The notes under the pieces were generated by a model. The model was not told where the DNA came from, did not search any database, and was given only the letters and a program-made list of their open reading frames with translations. A DNA stretch of 64,000 nucleotides, taken from NCBI GenBank assembly GCA_963693365.1, contig CAVNZM010000009.1, positions 1,676,231 through 1,740,230 on the forward strand, written 5' to 3'. Shown piece after piece: positions 23,001 through 56,006 of the stretch. Source of the DNA: Amoebidium appalachense (Eukaryota > Protista > Ichthyosporea). A program made the translations under genes and the position numbers. How positions within the stretch are numbered: the stretch's first letter is position 1; every line of letters begins with the position of its first letter.

Positions 23001-23333
23001 GAGGCTGAATTTGTGGCCATGTCTGCTGCTACGAACGAGGCCCTATGGCTCAACTATGTGATGGACGACCTGGGCCTTAATCCTATCAATGAGCCCACCC
23101 CGGTGCCCATCCATGGGGACAATGAGTCTGCCCGGGCCCTGCTGGACACCCTGGGGGTTAAGCCCAAGACCAAGCACATCGACGTCCGCTACTGCTCCGT
23201 CAAGGAACATCACCTGCTGGGCAACATCACTGTGGTCCCGGTGGCTTCTGCTGACAACAAGGCCGACATGTTCACCAAGGCCCTGTCTGCCTCTTTCTTC
23301 ACCAAGGCCGTGGGGATGCTCAACATGTGCTGA
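20013..23333 (+). CDS. pol: Copia Pol (protease, integrase, reverse transcriptase, RNase H) of the inner element, in the +1 frame relative to gag
   Basis: Uninterrupted frame (ORF track 19911-23333) containing DSGAT, QSDGGGEY, YVDD and ADMFTKAL. Confidence 0.93.
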   Translation, partial: PKGGPLPPGSCINHPASTTHTTAQCKGGAAAPRAFLMSSNDCGTNKVLLDSGATDHVCPRPDVFINMRAAPYSTVQVADKGACAVLGVGDVFFSSTIDGVTAVHQLTDVLYVPSIPDTLISVFTATTNGVLPRFDTRGGVKLCYGDQILATGSAVGTKLYHMAVSLLRADTTPDAQTTTAPRILKVTADLNTWHYRLGHAGIDAVRSVIKSAGLLVGGGAKSPGVCEPCALGKAHRVAFSESTSQAPRVLAKVHSDISGPFPPAIGGAQYLATFHDEFTGHTTAVPLVKKSDTLAAYVTYHKAAVTQHGVPMQVFQSDGGGEYMGTAFGDYNREHGIRHQITTTGSPQQNGTAERLNRTLLDMVRALLQQSGLPVGFWAEAAVTAAFIRNMLPSRATGSQSSPALLWTGIPPDYSRLRVWGSPCYVHQQDTPKLAPRAVKGIFVGYPPNIKGYKVWIPAAHKMTVSRDVQFDEAAILHPLRDVPSDWSTAPAIHHFLESSDSSNQPANHIVRNDQQSDSSRLSANGTAPSDQLDIPILPEPAHRLPRTTRSGAVYNDQRRCPTANVAAATAPLAPQATAPASTPIKASTIVVPKTVRAALKSPQRLKWEEAAHRELKALEDNGTFTLVPRPEDGSTVIPVGWVFTVKQDNVGNVTAFKARLVARGNYQQPGQDYFVTESPVAALATIRLVLATSVAQGLPLRHIDVNTAFLNGTVNETIYIEQPPGFVNPSAPHAVGLLHKALYGLKQAPRQWYEALRDHLLDQGFIVSAADPCLFIKNAGTPTFIALAAYVDDFTVTAATDALIDDFFTKLDARFSAKDLGRPTLLIGHTLTWLEDGSLRLGHRQHIIDLAARFRLTHMSGTKTPIVPGQASESNKTPAYSKKEDYASLVGALLWIARTTRPDISQALGVLTRHIHAPTVTHWTMATRVVSYLLATIDLGIVYRPGPPNLVGYSDSDYAEDRDTRRSTTGYVFFINSSPVSWVSRLQSITTHSSTEAEFVAMSAATNEALWLNYVMDDLGLNPINEPTPVPIHGDNESARALLDTLGVKPKTKHIDVRYCSVKEHHLLGNITVVPVASADNKADMFTKALSASFFTKAVGMLNMC

Positions 23334-23519
23334 GCACCCGTCATCAACCAACTGCGCCCTCATACTTCAGGGGGGGGGAGAGAGTTGCATCCGACTGTGC
23401 AACTACGTGTACCATACTAAAATTGAGTAGGGGAATCTTTATTGTCTGTATTTTGTGCACCTGAAGCACTCGAGCTCAGTTGCATTAATTCATACCACAA
23501 TTATCCAATTGAGTAGGGG

Positions 23520-24284
23520 TGTTGGAGTACACTGGTACTCCCGGCTAGCAATGTCTGTTAGAGAAAGTTTCTGAGCAATTGAATAACTGTTTCAACACTC
23601 ACTCGAGTGCATAGAGCTTTTGTTTACGGTCATATTCATATATGGTAGTTATATGTTTGAGCCAAAACTGTACCAATGACGAGCTTCACTAGCAACGTGC
23701 TAATTGTGCTCATTAATTAATATTCCCGGTTCAGATGATGTCATGTCTATATTTGCCACAGGATTCTATTCTTAGAGTGGTAGTGTGCTTTATTCCCGGA
23801 TATTCTCAGAATATTTTTAGTTGTGTGAAGCAAGATTTACGTTTAACTGCAATTGGTGTGTTAAACACGTTTATTTGTGTGCTTTAGTGCAAGTTAACTA
23901 GCCACTCAACGTGCACAGTTAACTTTTATATCTTTAACGACTTGTTTTCATTGTGCTCTCTTTTCGGCCATGCTGTACATGGCCCACCACCAGGGTGCAC
24001 ACGAGGCCACCATGAGGTGGCCAACGACTATATAAAGCAGTGCCTCCCATGTCACAAACATGGGAAGCAGAACGTTTGATTTACACTTTTCTACTGTCGT
24101 TTCCAGTGCACAAAACACATAGACTAGTTACCCATCATACACGACACTATGTCTGACAACTTACAGTTGCAGCAACTAGTCCAACTACTGGAGCAGAGGT
24201 TGGCCTCACAAGATGCAATCATTTCTGACTTACAGAAGGAACAACGTGCACTAGAACTAGCTTCTATGAACACAATGTCCAACA
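23520..24284 (+). repeat. LTR 3 (3' LTR of inner element)
   Basis: 765 bp, preceded by the PPT, followed by TSD CATCA. Confidence 0.97.
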
Positions 24285-24579
24285 CATCACTGTGGTCCCG
24301 GTGGCTTCTGCTGACAACAAGGCCGACATGTTCACCAAGGCCCTGTCTGCCTCTTTCTTCACCAAGGCCGTGGGGATGCTCAACATGTGCTGAGCACCCG
24401 TCATCAACCAACTGCGCCCTCATACTTCAGGGGGGGGGAGAGAGTTGCATCCGACTGTGCAACTACGTGTACCATACTAAAATTGAGTAGGGGAATCTTT
24501 ATTGTCTGTATTTTGTGCACCTGAAGCACTCGAGCTCAGTTGCATTAATTCATACCACAATTATCCAATTGAGTAGGGG

Positions 24580-25344
24580 TGTTGGAGTACACTGGTACTC
24601 CCGGCTAGCAATGTCTGTTAGAGAAAGTTTCTGAGCAATTGAATAACTGTTTCAACACTCACTCGAGTGCATAGAGCTTTTGTTTACGGTCATATTCATA
24701 TATGGTAGTTATATGTTTGAGCCAAAACTGTACCAATGACGAGCTTCACTAGCAACGTGCTAATTGTGCTCATTAATTAATATTCCCGGTTCAGATGATG
24801 TCATGTCTATATTTGCCACAGGATTCTATTCTTAGAGTGGTAGTGTGCTTTATTCCCGGATATTCTCAGAATATTTTTAGTTGTGTGAAGCAAGATTTAC
24901 GTTTAACTGCAATTGGTGTGTTAAACACGTTTATTTGTGTGCTTTAGTGCAAGTTAACTAGCCACTCAACGTGCACAGTTAACTTTTATATCTTTAACGA
25001 CTTGTTTTCATTGTGCTCTCTTTTCGGCCATGCTGTACATGGCCCACCACCAGGGTGCACACGAGGCCACCATGAGGTGGCCAACGACTATATAAAGCAG
25101 TGCCTCCCATGTCACAAACATGGGAAGCAGAACGTTTGATTTACACTTTTCTACTGTCGTTTCCAGTGCACAAAACACATAGACTAGTTACCCATCATAC
25201 ACGACACTATGTCTGACAACTTACAGTTGCAGCAACTAGTCCAACTACTGGAGCAGAGGTTGGCCTCACAAGATGCAATCATTTCTGACTTACAGAAGGA
25301 ACAACGTGCACTAGAACTAGCTTCTATGAACACAATGTCCAACA
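24580..25344 (+). repeat. LTR 4 (3' LTR of outer element)
   Basis: 765 bp, preceded by the PPT, followed by TSD CTCCC. Confidence 0.97.
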
Positions 25345-25345
25345 C

Positions 25346-25413
<68 letters not shown>

Positions 25414-27974
25414 TGCTCTTAAGCATCCCCTTGCAACCCATCAACTACCGTGAAAGCCTTTTTTAGATAGGGCTTTACACGAGCATACACAAACAAACAA
25501 ACACGCACACACAAACATACACACGGTGCACACACACACATACACACGGTGCACACACACACACACACACACACCCACACCACCACCACCACCACCACCA
25601 CCACCACATGTCGTTTACACTTGGATGATTTACTGACCCAACTTGAACCCAATGCAATCCAACCCAACCCTCCCAACCCCCCCCCCCCCCCCCCCCCAAC
25701 ACGGAAAAAATAAATAGTGGAACTCGAACACACACACACACACACACACATACACACACACAGAACACAGGTTATCCATCTTGAGACTGCCTGCCGACGT
25801 CAGCAGTGACTTGAGCTGATATAGTACACTGACTCCTGATATCAATTGGCACTAGTCGCATGTACATGTTACTTGCTTTACGGATAGTAGTGCCATTTAC
25901 ATAGCTGTTTCGGATGACCTCTCTGTTATTCGGATTATTGCTCTTTGGCAGTTGCTATAGAGTTATGAGCCACTAGAAAGCCTTAGTGCGGCAAGCGCCA
26001 ATCTGTAATTTTTTGACTTAGGTGGGCTAGATGCTCCCTTCCCGAAGATAAAGCTACGGTGACCTTTGACCAATACCATCATTGGGCCCCATAATGACAT
26101 GTAAAGGGCGGTTCACACCCACACGTGGTAATCATCACAATTTAATGCCAGTATGCTTTCCTAGGGATAGAAATGTTCGTCATTCAACACCACTATGAAA
26201 TAATTAAAATTCATGTTCATTATTGTCGTCGATGAGTATTACTGAAAATCATAATGAAGCTCCCACCGTATCCTCATAATGATTTATGATACCTCTGATA
26301 TTTATTATGAGTATATAGATAGTAATGAAAAACATGTAGTCATGGGGATTCACGCACCCTAAATTTTGCTGAGGACAGTCACACCAAACTTCATGTACCG
26401 TATACCACGGGACACAGGAGCTTTGGAACACAATTTTGGAACACAATGTACAAGCCTCAGGTTGGGGTAACCTAACTTTACCCATCATCCGGATCTACCC
26501 CCCCCCCCCCCCCCAAAAAATAAAATAAAATAAAATAAAATAAAATAAATAATAATAGAATGAGAGGGGGGGGGGAGGGGGGGGGGGGAGGTAGAGAAGA
26601 CTCCGAGAACCAAAGAACGAAATAAAAGGAAGAAAACAAAAAGAAAGAGGTGGACTAGAAGGTATGGAAAGAGGAGAGGATGTTGGAGGCCGGAGCTAAT
26701 CATGAGGGATTGGGGAGCGGGGAGGGAGGGGGGGAGGGGGGGGGGGGGGGGGGGGAGGGGGGGGGGACGGGGAGGGGGAGGGGGGAGGGGGCAGCGTGAG
26801 GGGGGAAGGGGGCGGGGAGGGGGGAAGGGGGATTGCACTAAAAACTACTACACGCCTTGTTCTGGAGCGACAAGATGGCAGTGCGCATTGCGTGTTATGA
26901 AACAATCATATTAACGAAGTGTAACCTCGTGCACGTGGGATCTGTTAACGGTGCAGCTGCAGTTGGCGCACCCAAGGTTTTCAGATGCTACCGAGCAGTT
27001 CACAACAACGGTTACCAGTCTTACAAAGCGGTTACTTTTCTTTCTCATGTTTTCCACAACTAACACACAGGCGCTGCCTCTCACGAAGTGTGTCACATGT
27101 GGCTCTGGAGGGGCACTCCTTTGGAAACTGCCTCCGTGCACGGACAACTTTGCCATTATTGTACACAGCCTCGGCGGTAAGACGTATCGGCTCAGCTTGG
27201 CTCATACCGACTGTTAAAGTCCTAAAATCGACATTTATGTTTTAATAGCTAGAATTAAATATAAAATCACGGTTTGCATCTTTCCGTTTTCTATTTGTGG
27301 CTCATTTGCACTTCTCAGGATCAGAATCAGGATCTGCGAAAACAGACGACGTCGACAGCAAACCGTTGTTTAGGTAAAAACACGTTCATATTTAAGCCTC
27401 CGTAAGCTCAACTCTGAGGGTAAAAGCGAAACACGAAAAAATGGAGCCACCGGCACCGAGCTGTCATTCCCTGGCGGGGAGCTTTCCAAGAGATCTTTAC
27501 GCTTTGTCAAGAGGAAACGTGTTTGGGTTGTTAAGAGGAATGTTGGCCCTTTCAATTCTGTGTCAAGAGTGCCTCATGCCTGACACCGCTGCACAACAAT
27601 TGAAGGTAATTTATAGGTAGTGTTTTTGTCATTATCCGAGCACGCAGAATTTTTCCTCGTGCTGCGTGGCGTTCATCTGATCTTTACTGCTAGCTCATTT
27701 ATTCACATGTCCCGCACAAGAGGAAACCTGGTTTTGTTTTCTTGGGTACGTCTCCTTCGTCGATGACCACACCCTTAAATGTGTGCATGCATGCACGTAC
27801 CGTTATAATTATTATACTTCGTCGAATTCGTTTACACGGTGTGTTTATTTGGTCGACTAATGTCGAAGGCTAACATTGAAGACATGGGTCTTGGGCGTGT
27901 CGTAGAATTTTTTCCCCTTCTGTTCGTCCATTGACTTTGTTTGTGCAGATTCATGTTTTTAAGGTGAAAGCAAC

Positions 27975-48944
<20,970 letters not shown>

Positions 48945-49408
48945 GTATGTTGTGTGATATTGCGTGCCTGCTCCTCGTATGCTCTATGAATGTAGCACAC
49001 ACTGGGTCACACACATGACATACCTAGTTACTGCATACACCAGGATCCTCCCCCCCCCCCCCCCCCCCCCCTTTCCTCCCCGTCCCCTCCCCCCCCCCTC
49101 CCCCCCCCCCCCCCCCTCCCCCCCACCCCGCCCCCAAGAAAACACACACACACATACATGCATATGCACCGTGGGCGCACACATGCATGTGTGAATTACA
49201 CACCCGTACGCACACACACACACACATGCACACGCAAACGCCCGCACGCGCGCGCGCGCGTACACACACACCAGCACACACACAAACACACACGCACACA
49301 CACACGGGCTGACACATAAGGTACTCATCTGCCGAGACTGTCGAGGTCGGGCTTGCCACCTAATGTTGACCGTGCTTGCGAAATCCCCCCATCCCCCCCC
49401 CCCATCCT

Positions 49409-49439
<31 letters not shown>

Positions 49440-50017
49440 AAAAATAAAATATATATATATTTATATAAAAGGAAAAAAGAAAAGAAAAAAAAAACCTGGT
49501 GGCCATTCCAGATCGAGTCATCACCGGTAGGACACGGGAGGTGATACCATGTACACACGAAAAAATGCAAGAACGAAAACCTGTGCACAAGTAATGTATG
49601 CTACCGTGCCCGTATGGGCTCTGAACCTCCCCTTCTCCTTCGCCCTCCCTCCCTCCCCCCTCCCTCCCTCCCTCCCTCCTCCTCCCCCCCCCCCCTCCCC
49701 CCCCCCCCCCAAAAAAAAAAAAAAAAAATTGCTGCAACACCGCCGCACAAATATCAACCAACCATGGCACGGCTGTCATTAAATTTGCATGCATACACTG
49801 ACACACAACACACAGGCACACACAGCCAGCACCCTCCAGAGCTCACGGAGTACGTCTCAAGGCCCTCCCGACCTGAGGACTGCCGTGATGTGAGGATTGT
49901 CAGCAATCTACTTGTGATGTATTTATCGTGTGTGCATTCGATCTTGCTTAAAGTTTGCAAGCTTGTTGGTTTTTTGTGCACTGTGTGCCGTGTATGATAG
50001 GACCGTGCCCTTACGAT

Positions 50018-50189
50018 TAGGCCATTGTAAAAATATCCCGATTATCAATTATCCCGTGCCCTTCGATATTTTTTGATATTCATGGGTTGAGATATTTTGA
50101 TATTCTTGCCAAGTTATTTTACGGGATGTTTCGACATATTTCAATTTGATAATCAGGGGCTATTCCCGGGATATTTTTGCAAGGGCCTG
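50018..50189. mobile_element. hAT-type MITE (172 bp)
   Basis: 23-bp TIRs TAGGCCATTGTAAAAATATCCCG and CGGGATATTTTTGCAAGGGCCTG (20/23 match). 8-bp TSD CTTACGAT (50010-50017) and CTTACGGT (50190-50197). Confidence 0.8.
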
Positions 50190-50389
50190 CTTACGGTGCA
50201 TGTGCATATACCATTGTGTCTGCTGAGCCTGGCTGTTCTGATCGGTGGTGGACTGAAGAGCTGGACTGAAGGCCCAGCAGATATGATGTCAGATTGTTCG
50301 GCCGAACATAGAAATAAATGGAATGTTGTCTAATCAATTTAAACATTTGAAGGACGGTGACAGTGTTTGCAGTGCACTGACTGAACCCT

Positions 50390-50420
<31 letters not shown>

Positions 50421-50729
50421 GCGCACATGTACCGCCATGTACATGTGCCATGATGTCCTGCATGCATAGCTGTAGGACGTATGTATACCTTTGGACCAGT
50501 GCGTGTGTTATGGCTAACCTGCCCGTGGATGGCTTGTGTACATGCATTGAAATGACTTGATCTGCATGCACTCAGTTGCACAGCTGGTATATTACAGCAA
50601 CCGCAAACGTTTCGGAACCCGTTGTGCTGTGCACATGCTGTCGGCTATCCAGCTACGTACATCCCTCTGATGATCATGATAGTATTTGACATGCATTAGT
50701 TCTGGTATGGGGTGCACGCGGGGGTTTTT

Positions 50730-50856
<127 letters not shown>

Positions 50857-51075
50857 GGGGAGGAAAAGGGGGGGGGGGAAGGGAGGGAGGGAGGGGGCAG
50901 CATAGAAAGTTTTAGAAGACCATTTTATTGTCAGATTCGGAATCTATTTCTGGTCCACATGTACAAGAGACCAGCAATGTATGACCCTCCTAACCAACCA
51001 TGAAATCTTTCATTTGGATATATTGACCAAGAAGTATACATACATACATTGTGTACACGAATGGATCCCTTAAAT

Positions 51076-51113
<38 letters not shown>

Positions 51114-51317
51114 TCCTGCTCCCCCTTACTTCTCCACGACTGCATTTGGACAAATTGCCGTCGAAGAGCCAAGCTTCACGGTTATTGAGAAGAAAGGTTG
51201 CCTGTCATAATATTTGGGCTAAAATACATGCACATGCGTGCCTGCAGCAAAATACATGCACATACTAGTGTTTGATATTACGATATTGGAGCATATCATA
51301 CGGTGCATTTGCCACGG

Positions 51318-52770
51318 CTATAAATACGTACAATACGGTGGTAGTTTTGCTCTAATAACCTCCAAAACATCCCTGTCAACCACGCCGATATTACCCAGCA
51401 CACACACATACCCACCCAACTCGCTCGGCTGCACCCACCTACCCACCAACCACCTATACCCCACCACACCCACAGGCAGCACAATCCCTTGCATAAGCGC
51501 AAACATAACAAACGGGTGCACTCTTAAGCCCGCATCCCCCTTTGGCGCCAAATTTCCACCGTTCCTCTCATTCAAAATCATTCCTATACACGCACTCAAA
51601 CACAAAAATGTACTTAAATACATGCCATACACTGGGTGGGTTGCTTCGATAAATGCCACAGCATGTGCCAACCCACCCACTACACCACACACGGCACACA
51701 CCATGTTCCCAAACCGACCCAGGTTGCTTGGTTGTTGGTAATGGGTTGCTAGTGCCAGGGCAGACCATAGAAGATAGAGGCCCCCAAACATGATCCAGTG
51801 ACCTGAGCGCAAAACACATTGCATCGTCAGCTATTTCCCCCTGCTCATGAGCTGGTGCTCCCCGCCCTTCCCCATTCATTTCCCTCCCCCCAACCCCTGC
51901 AGCCTCTCTCCCATTCCAACAGTGCCCAGGGCATGTACGAAAAGGACAACGAACAGAAACGGGCAGCGGAAGGGGGATATTGAGAAGGGGGAGAAAAGAG
52001 AGCAAGAAGATTAGAGGAAGGGAATTGAATGAGAAAAGGGATTAAGGGTATGTATGGGCTAGGGGCCAGAAGTTGGGTGGGTGGGTGAGTGGGTGGGTGG
52101 GTGGATGGGGAGGGGGGCAGGGGGGGGGGGGGGGGGGGGGGGGGGACGGGCATGTCTTGCCTAGGTCTTCGTCCAGAAAATACACTAGCCGATGAATCTC
52201 TTCCGGCACCTTCTCTCTCAGACCCATGCTCAGGTTGTATTCGGCATAGAAAGTGTGCACTGCATTTGCAGTCCAATGCACACCGTGGCCATATGCAAAT
52301 ACGGCAAAAAAGAACCATGACATATGGTTTAAAATGGAATGTGGCGGAAGTATGTGTGCACACAGTGTGATCAGAGAGATAAGCCATGTGGGTAGAATGG
52401 CTGTCACATAGATGAGCTCCATTTGCCGCACGTACACATTCCTGTGGATACGAAAGGGGGGGGGATTAGCATTCCATTGATTCCAACAATGAAGGGGATT
52501 GGCTATTGATCACGTGTGTTGGTTACCGAGTGTTTGGGGTTGCCTTGGGAGGTTAGAGGGAAAGGGCCGGGGAGCTCTAGAAGGCACCAGTGCATGTAAC
52601 AAGACTTTATCTACTACTGCACCTGAGCCTACTTTCCTTCTTCCTCCGCCAAACACAAGCAATCATATATGTTATGCAGATTCCATCGAAGGGAAGTAAG
52701 GGGGGAGGGGGTGGGGGGGGGTGGATGATTTATACTCAGCTCTCCTGCTACCAATCCCTTGTCCCCCCTC

Positions 52771-52803
<33 letters not shown>

Positions 52804-53982
52804 ACCATCCTATCTCGATGTCTCCTTCTATGACTTGATCTAAGCCTCGGGTATGACTATTTGGATAGAGCAATGGAAAATGATTTTTTTTAGTGAGGGT
52901 AATAATCTAGCACTTTTACACAAAGGCTGAAAGGGTCCTGCCTATGTTGTATGGACAGGGGCAGTGTGTGTGTGTGTGTGTGTGGAGGGAGGGTGGGGAG
53001 GGGGGGGGGGGGCACGGCACCTATATAGGGTCACTGTTGTGGTTTTGTCGGAGTCAGCCCACAGGTGCAAGGCTATGGGTCCTAGAGTTAAAGCACACAC
53101 GGCAAAGGGAACATGGCTGCTGGGTTGTGCTCCCACGTGTCTGCCTTTAAACAGTAGTAGGTTTGTTGATTAGTAACTATTAACATTATCACAGTTTCGT
53201 TGGTTTCGGTGTTGTGTTTTCGTGGGTTGGAGGAACGGTGGTGGCTAAAGAGAAAGAAAAAATGAAAGAGAAGAGAGTAGAGGGGCCGAAAGTTCTGAGG
53301 GAAGAGGGAGACCCCACCTTTTCGTAGAAATGGGGGGGGCGGGGGGGGACCATATGAGCACGTCCGTGTATGAGTGAGTATAAAGGGTGTGCCTGCGGAG
53401 AAGAACGGCGGGAAGTGGAAGAATGGGGGAGGAAAGGGGGGGGGGGGGGTTTGAGATAAGAAGGGGTTGACGCCGTAACGCATATCAAGTCTACTGATTT
53501 CGAGGTCTCTGGGGAAGGGGGGGGGGGAGGGGGGGAAGGAGATCCGGAAGAAGAAAAGCAAACCTGGAGAGGAGAAACTGGAAACCATGCCAAAAGGAAT
53601 GACAATCTTGGGGAAAGTATGTGATTATACATAAGGGCTCGTAAATGGTTGTGGTTAACGCATTTCACAAGCTGGACACATAGTGTGTAAACATTATTAG
53701 GGAGGGATTAATAGATGATCTGCACAAAAAAAAGGGAAGTAGAAAGGGCCGGGAAGAGTGGGGGGGGAGACGGGGGGGGGGGGGGGGGGGAGAGGAGGGG
53801 CAGGATGGATAGAGGGGAGAGTGGAATAGACAGAGAAAGAAGGGGAGTGGGAACGGGTGAGAGAGAGGGAGGGGGGGGGGGGGGGGAGGGGGGGAGGGGG
53901 TGGAAAGAGAGAGAGTGTGTGTGGGAGTGTGTGTGAAAGACAGAGTGAGGGAGAGGGACAGAGGGAGGAAGGGAGGGAGGGG

Positions 53983-54059
<77 letters not shown>

Positions 54060-54780
54060 GAGAGTGTGTGTGTGTGTGGGGGGGGGGGGTGCGAAAGACA
54101 GGGTGAGGGAGAAGGACAGAGAAGGGAGGGAGGGAGGGAGGGAGGGAGGGAGGGAGAAAGGGAGGGAGAGAGGGAGGGAGGGAGGGATGGGGGGAGGGAG
54201 GGAGGGAGGGAGGGAAGAAGGGAAGGAAATCGGGGTGGGGGTGGTGAGGGGGGGGGGGGGGGGACGAGGGGGGGGGGGGGGGGGAGGGTTTATGAAGGAA
54301 ACGTGGGGAAAGAATGGCTGTGTTGGTCAGAGCCAGATATTATATTTCTCTGTCAGAGGTGGGGAGGGGGTTGGGAAGGAAGGTGTGAGTGGCATATAAT
54401 TTGGATCACACAGACGTCACCAAGCTAAGGAGGCAAAATGGGAGGTGAGGGGAGGGAGCAGGGGGAAAGGGCGGGGGGGATGTTTCTCTTGTTAGAAAAG
54501 CAATACTACTATCATGGCCTACGACACAAGGAAGTAGCTATAGCTAGTTGCCCTCTTGTTGCAATGGTACCGAGTTGTCTGGGGGGGAGGGACTGGGGCG
54601 GGGGGGGGGGGGGTGGGTGGGGAAGGGCCGGGAGGCATCCGGGGGGGGAGAGGGGGGGGGGGGGGGGAGGGGGAGGGAGGGGGTGCCTTTTTCTTCGATC
54701 AGGGTCTCGTGCCAGCTCTTTGCTTTGGGCCCGGTCGTCGGTGAGGGTGAATCGGGTGTGTGAATCCGGCGCCTAAGCAT
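51318..54780 (-). CDS. CLN6-like multi-pass membrane protein
   Basis: Exons ~54780-54687 (tentative first exon), 53144-53021, 52441-52161 (GC donor GCAAGA), 51802-51318. Motifs GHGVHWTANAVH and YFLDEDLGHW recall CLN6 (GASIHLVGDSVNH, YYYDEYLGH). Several hydrophobic helices. Confidence 0.6.
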
Positions 54781-55743
54781 TTTTCACACTGGAAAGCAGT
54801 CGCCTCGGTAGATCGTTGATCATTGATCACTAGAAATGTGGCAAGGGGTTGCTGGTTGCTTGGCTTTTGGAAGCTTGCAAACGCCTACAGGTAAGTAATT
54901 GGCCTATAGGAGTAGAAATACAATCGCCTGCCCTTATAATTTCTGTCTATTTCTTTTTTGAGTTGTGCATGTTTCCTTTCGCTTAGAGCAGACCACTTTT
55001 TTAGGAGCAAGCGCCGGGGAGCTCGAGAGCGGCTGGACAGCCAAATTTTTGGCGGGCTTTTTTTGACAGTTGCAACCAAAAATGGCTAATGAAAGCGTCG
55101 ACCCATTGGCAAGCGCTGGCTGGCTTTCAGGGTAAAAATTATTTAGAGATTGATAGGATGGATTCCAAAGATAAATTTTCGGGTCGCTTTTGGGAATACG
55201 AAACAATCTCTAGGTTTCAACCGTTCCCCTCAATCGTAACGATCTTAAACGCCTCTCATTACAAAGTCACAGGATATAAGTTGGTAATAATAAGTAGGCA
55301 GATTAATTTTTCGATTATTTTTAGTAGCATCATTTAGTGCTATTTTTCCGCCTGAAAAAAACAGTTTTTCGAAACAGCACGAAGTACATACACAATCCCG
55401 TTAAAAATAACATGATCAACGGCCAAAAAACAAACCCTGAATCATTCAGAATAGCTGTGATTTGATTGGCCAAACGCGCACCACCCACAAAACGGTTACA
55501 TGCCTGCATTCCTTTCATGATATGACGCAAACTTCGTCCTTTGATAGTCTCGCATACCATACCTTGTCCTTCATCATACACACCCCAAAAACGCTCAAAT
55601 GAAATAAAACCCTATTTTTCATGTAATACCTTTTCTAGCTACATTTATATAGTGCTCTTTGGTTAAATGATAAAGTTTCAATAAAATTACTGATGGAAAA
55701 CGATTTCGATCCACATTAGAGCATGAGCTCACCGCACGCATTG

Positions 55744-55779
55744 ATTGGTTGGGGGATTTGGCGGGTGATTTCAGCCAAT
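55744..55779. promoter_or_regulatory. Putative E2F site flanked by two CCAAT boxes in the divergent promoter upstream of RRM1
   Basis: ATTGG 55744-55748, TTTGGCGGG 55757-55765, CCAAT 55775-55779. A second TTTGGCGGG at 55048-55056. Fits S-phase regulation of RNR. Confidence 0.45.
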
Positions 55780-56006
55780 CAGCGCACACGTAGTCCCTCT
55801 TCATAAAAACGCGGGCAAGTCTGATACAGGACAGAAACAACAATTCCCCGCACAGAGCAGAGCCTAGAGTACACTCGAAGACTCCACCAAAAAGACCTTC
55901 TTCTTCGCTTTTTTGTTCTAGAACCTGATACACACATATTTGCAATAACAAGTTAAATAACAGGCATAGACGGGTTCTTCTCCTGACGGGAGAGAAAAAC
56001 ACCAAG

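Larger units (their letters stand above)
18405..24284 (+). mobile_element. Ty1/copia LTR retrotransposon, inner full-length copy (5880 bp)
   Basis: LTRs 18405-19169 and 23520-24284. TSD CATCA at 18400-18404 and 24285-24289. PBS at 19170, PPT at 23511-23519. Confidence 0.97.
13582..25344 (+). mobile_element. Ty1/copia LTR retrotransposon, outer copy (13582-18404 plus 24290-25344), interrupted by a nested copy of itself
   Basis: LTRs 13582-14346 and 24580-25344 with TGTTGGA...TCCAACA ends. 5-bp TSD CTCCC at 13577-13581 and 25345-25349. PBS at 14347, PPT GAGTAGGGG at 24571-24579. Domain order gag-PR-IN-RT-RH. Confidence 0.97.

Noticed and set aside
13582-25344. Tandem array of elements sharing LTRs, or a collapsed assembly
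   Set aside because: The exact CATCA duplication and resumption of the RNase H frame at 24290 show a true nested insertion.
24149-25466. Short MSDNLQLQQ... ORFs at 24149 and 25209 as separate genes
   Set aside because: They are the gag start embedded in the 3' LTRs, running into flanking sequence.
26249-27245. CVNPH and SHVFHN words suggestive of a His-Cys box homing endonuclease
   Set aside because: They lie on opposite strands in short, stop-interrupted frames, and the motif spacing does not fit.
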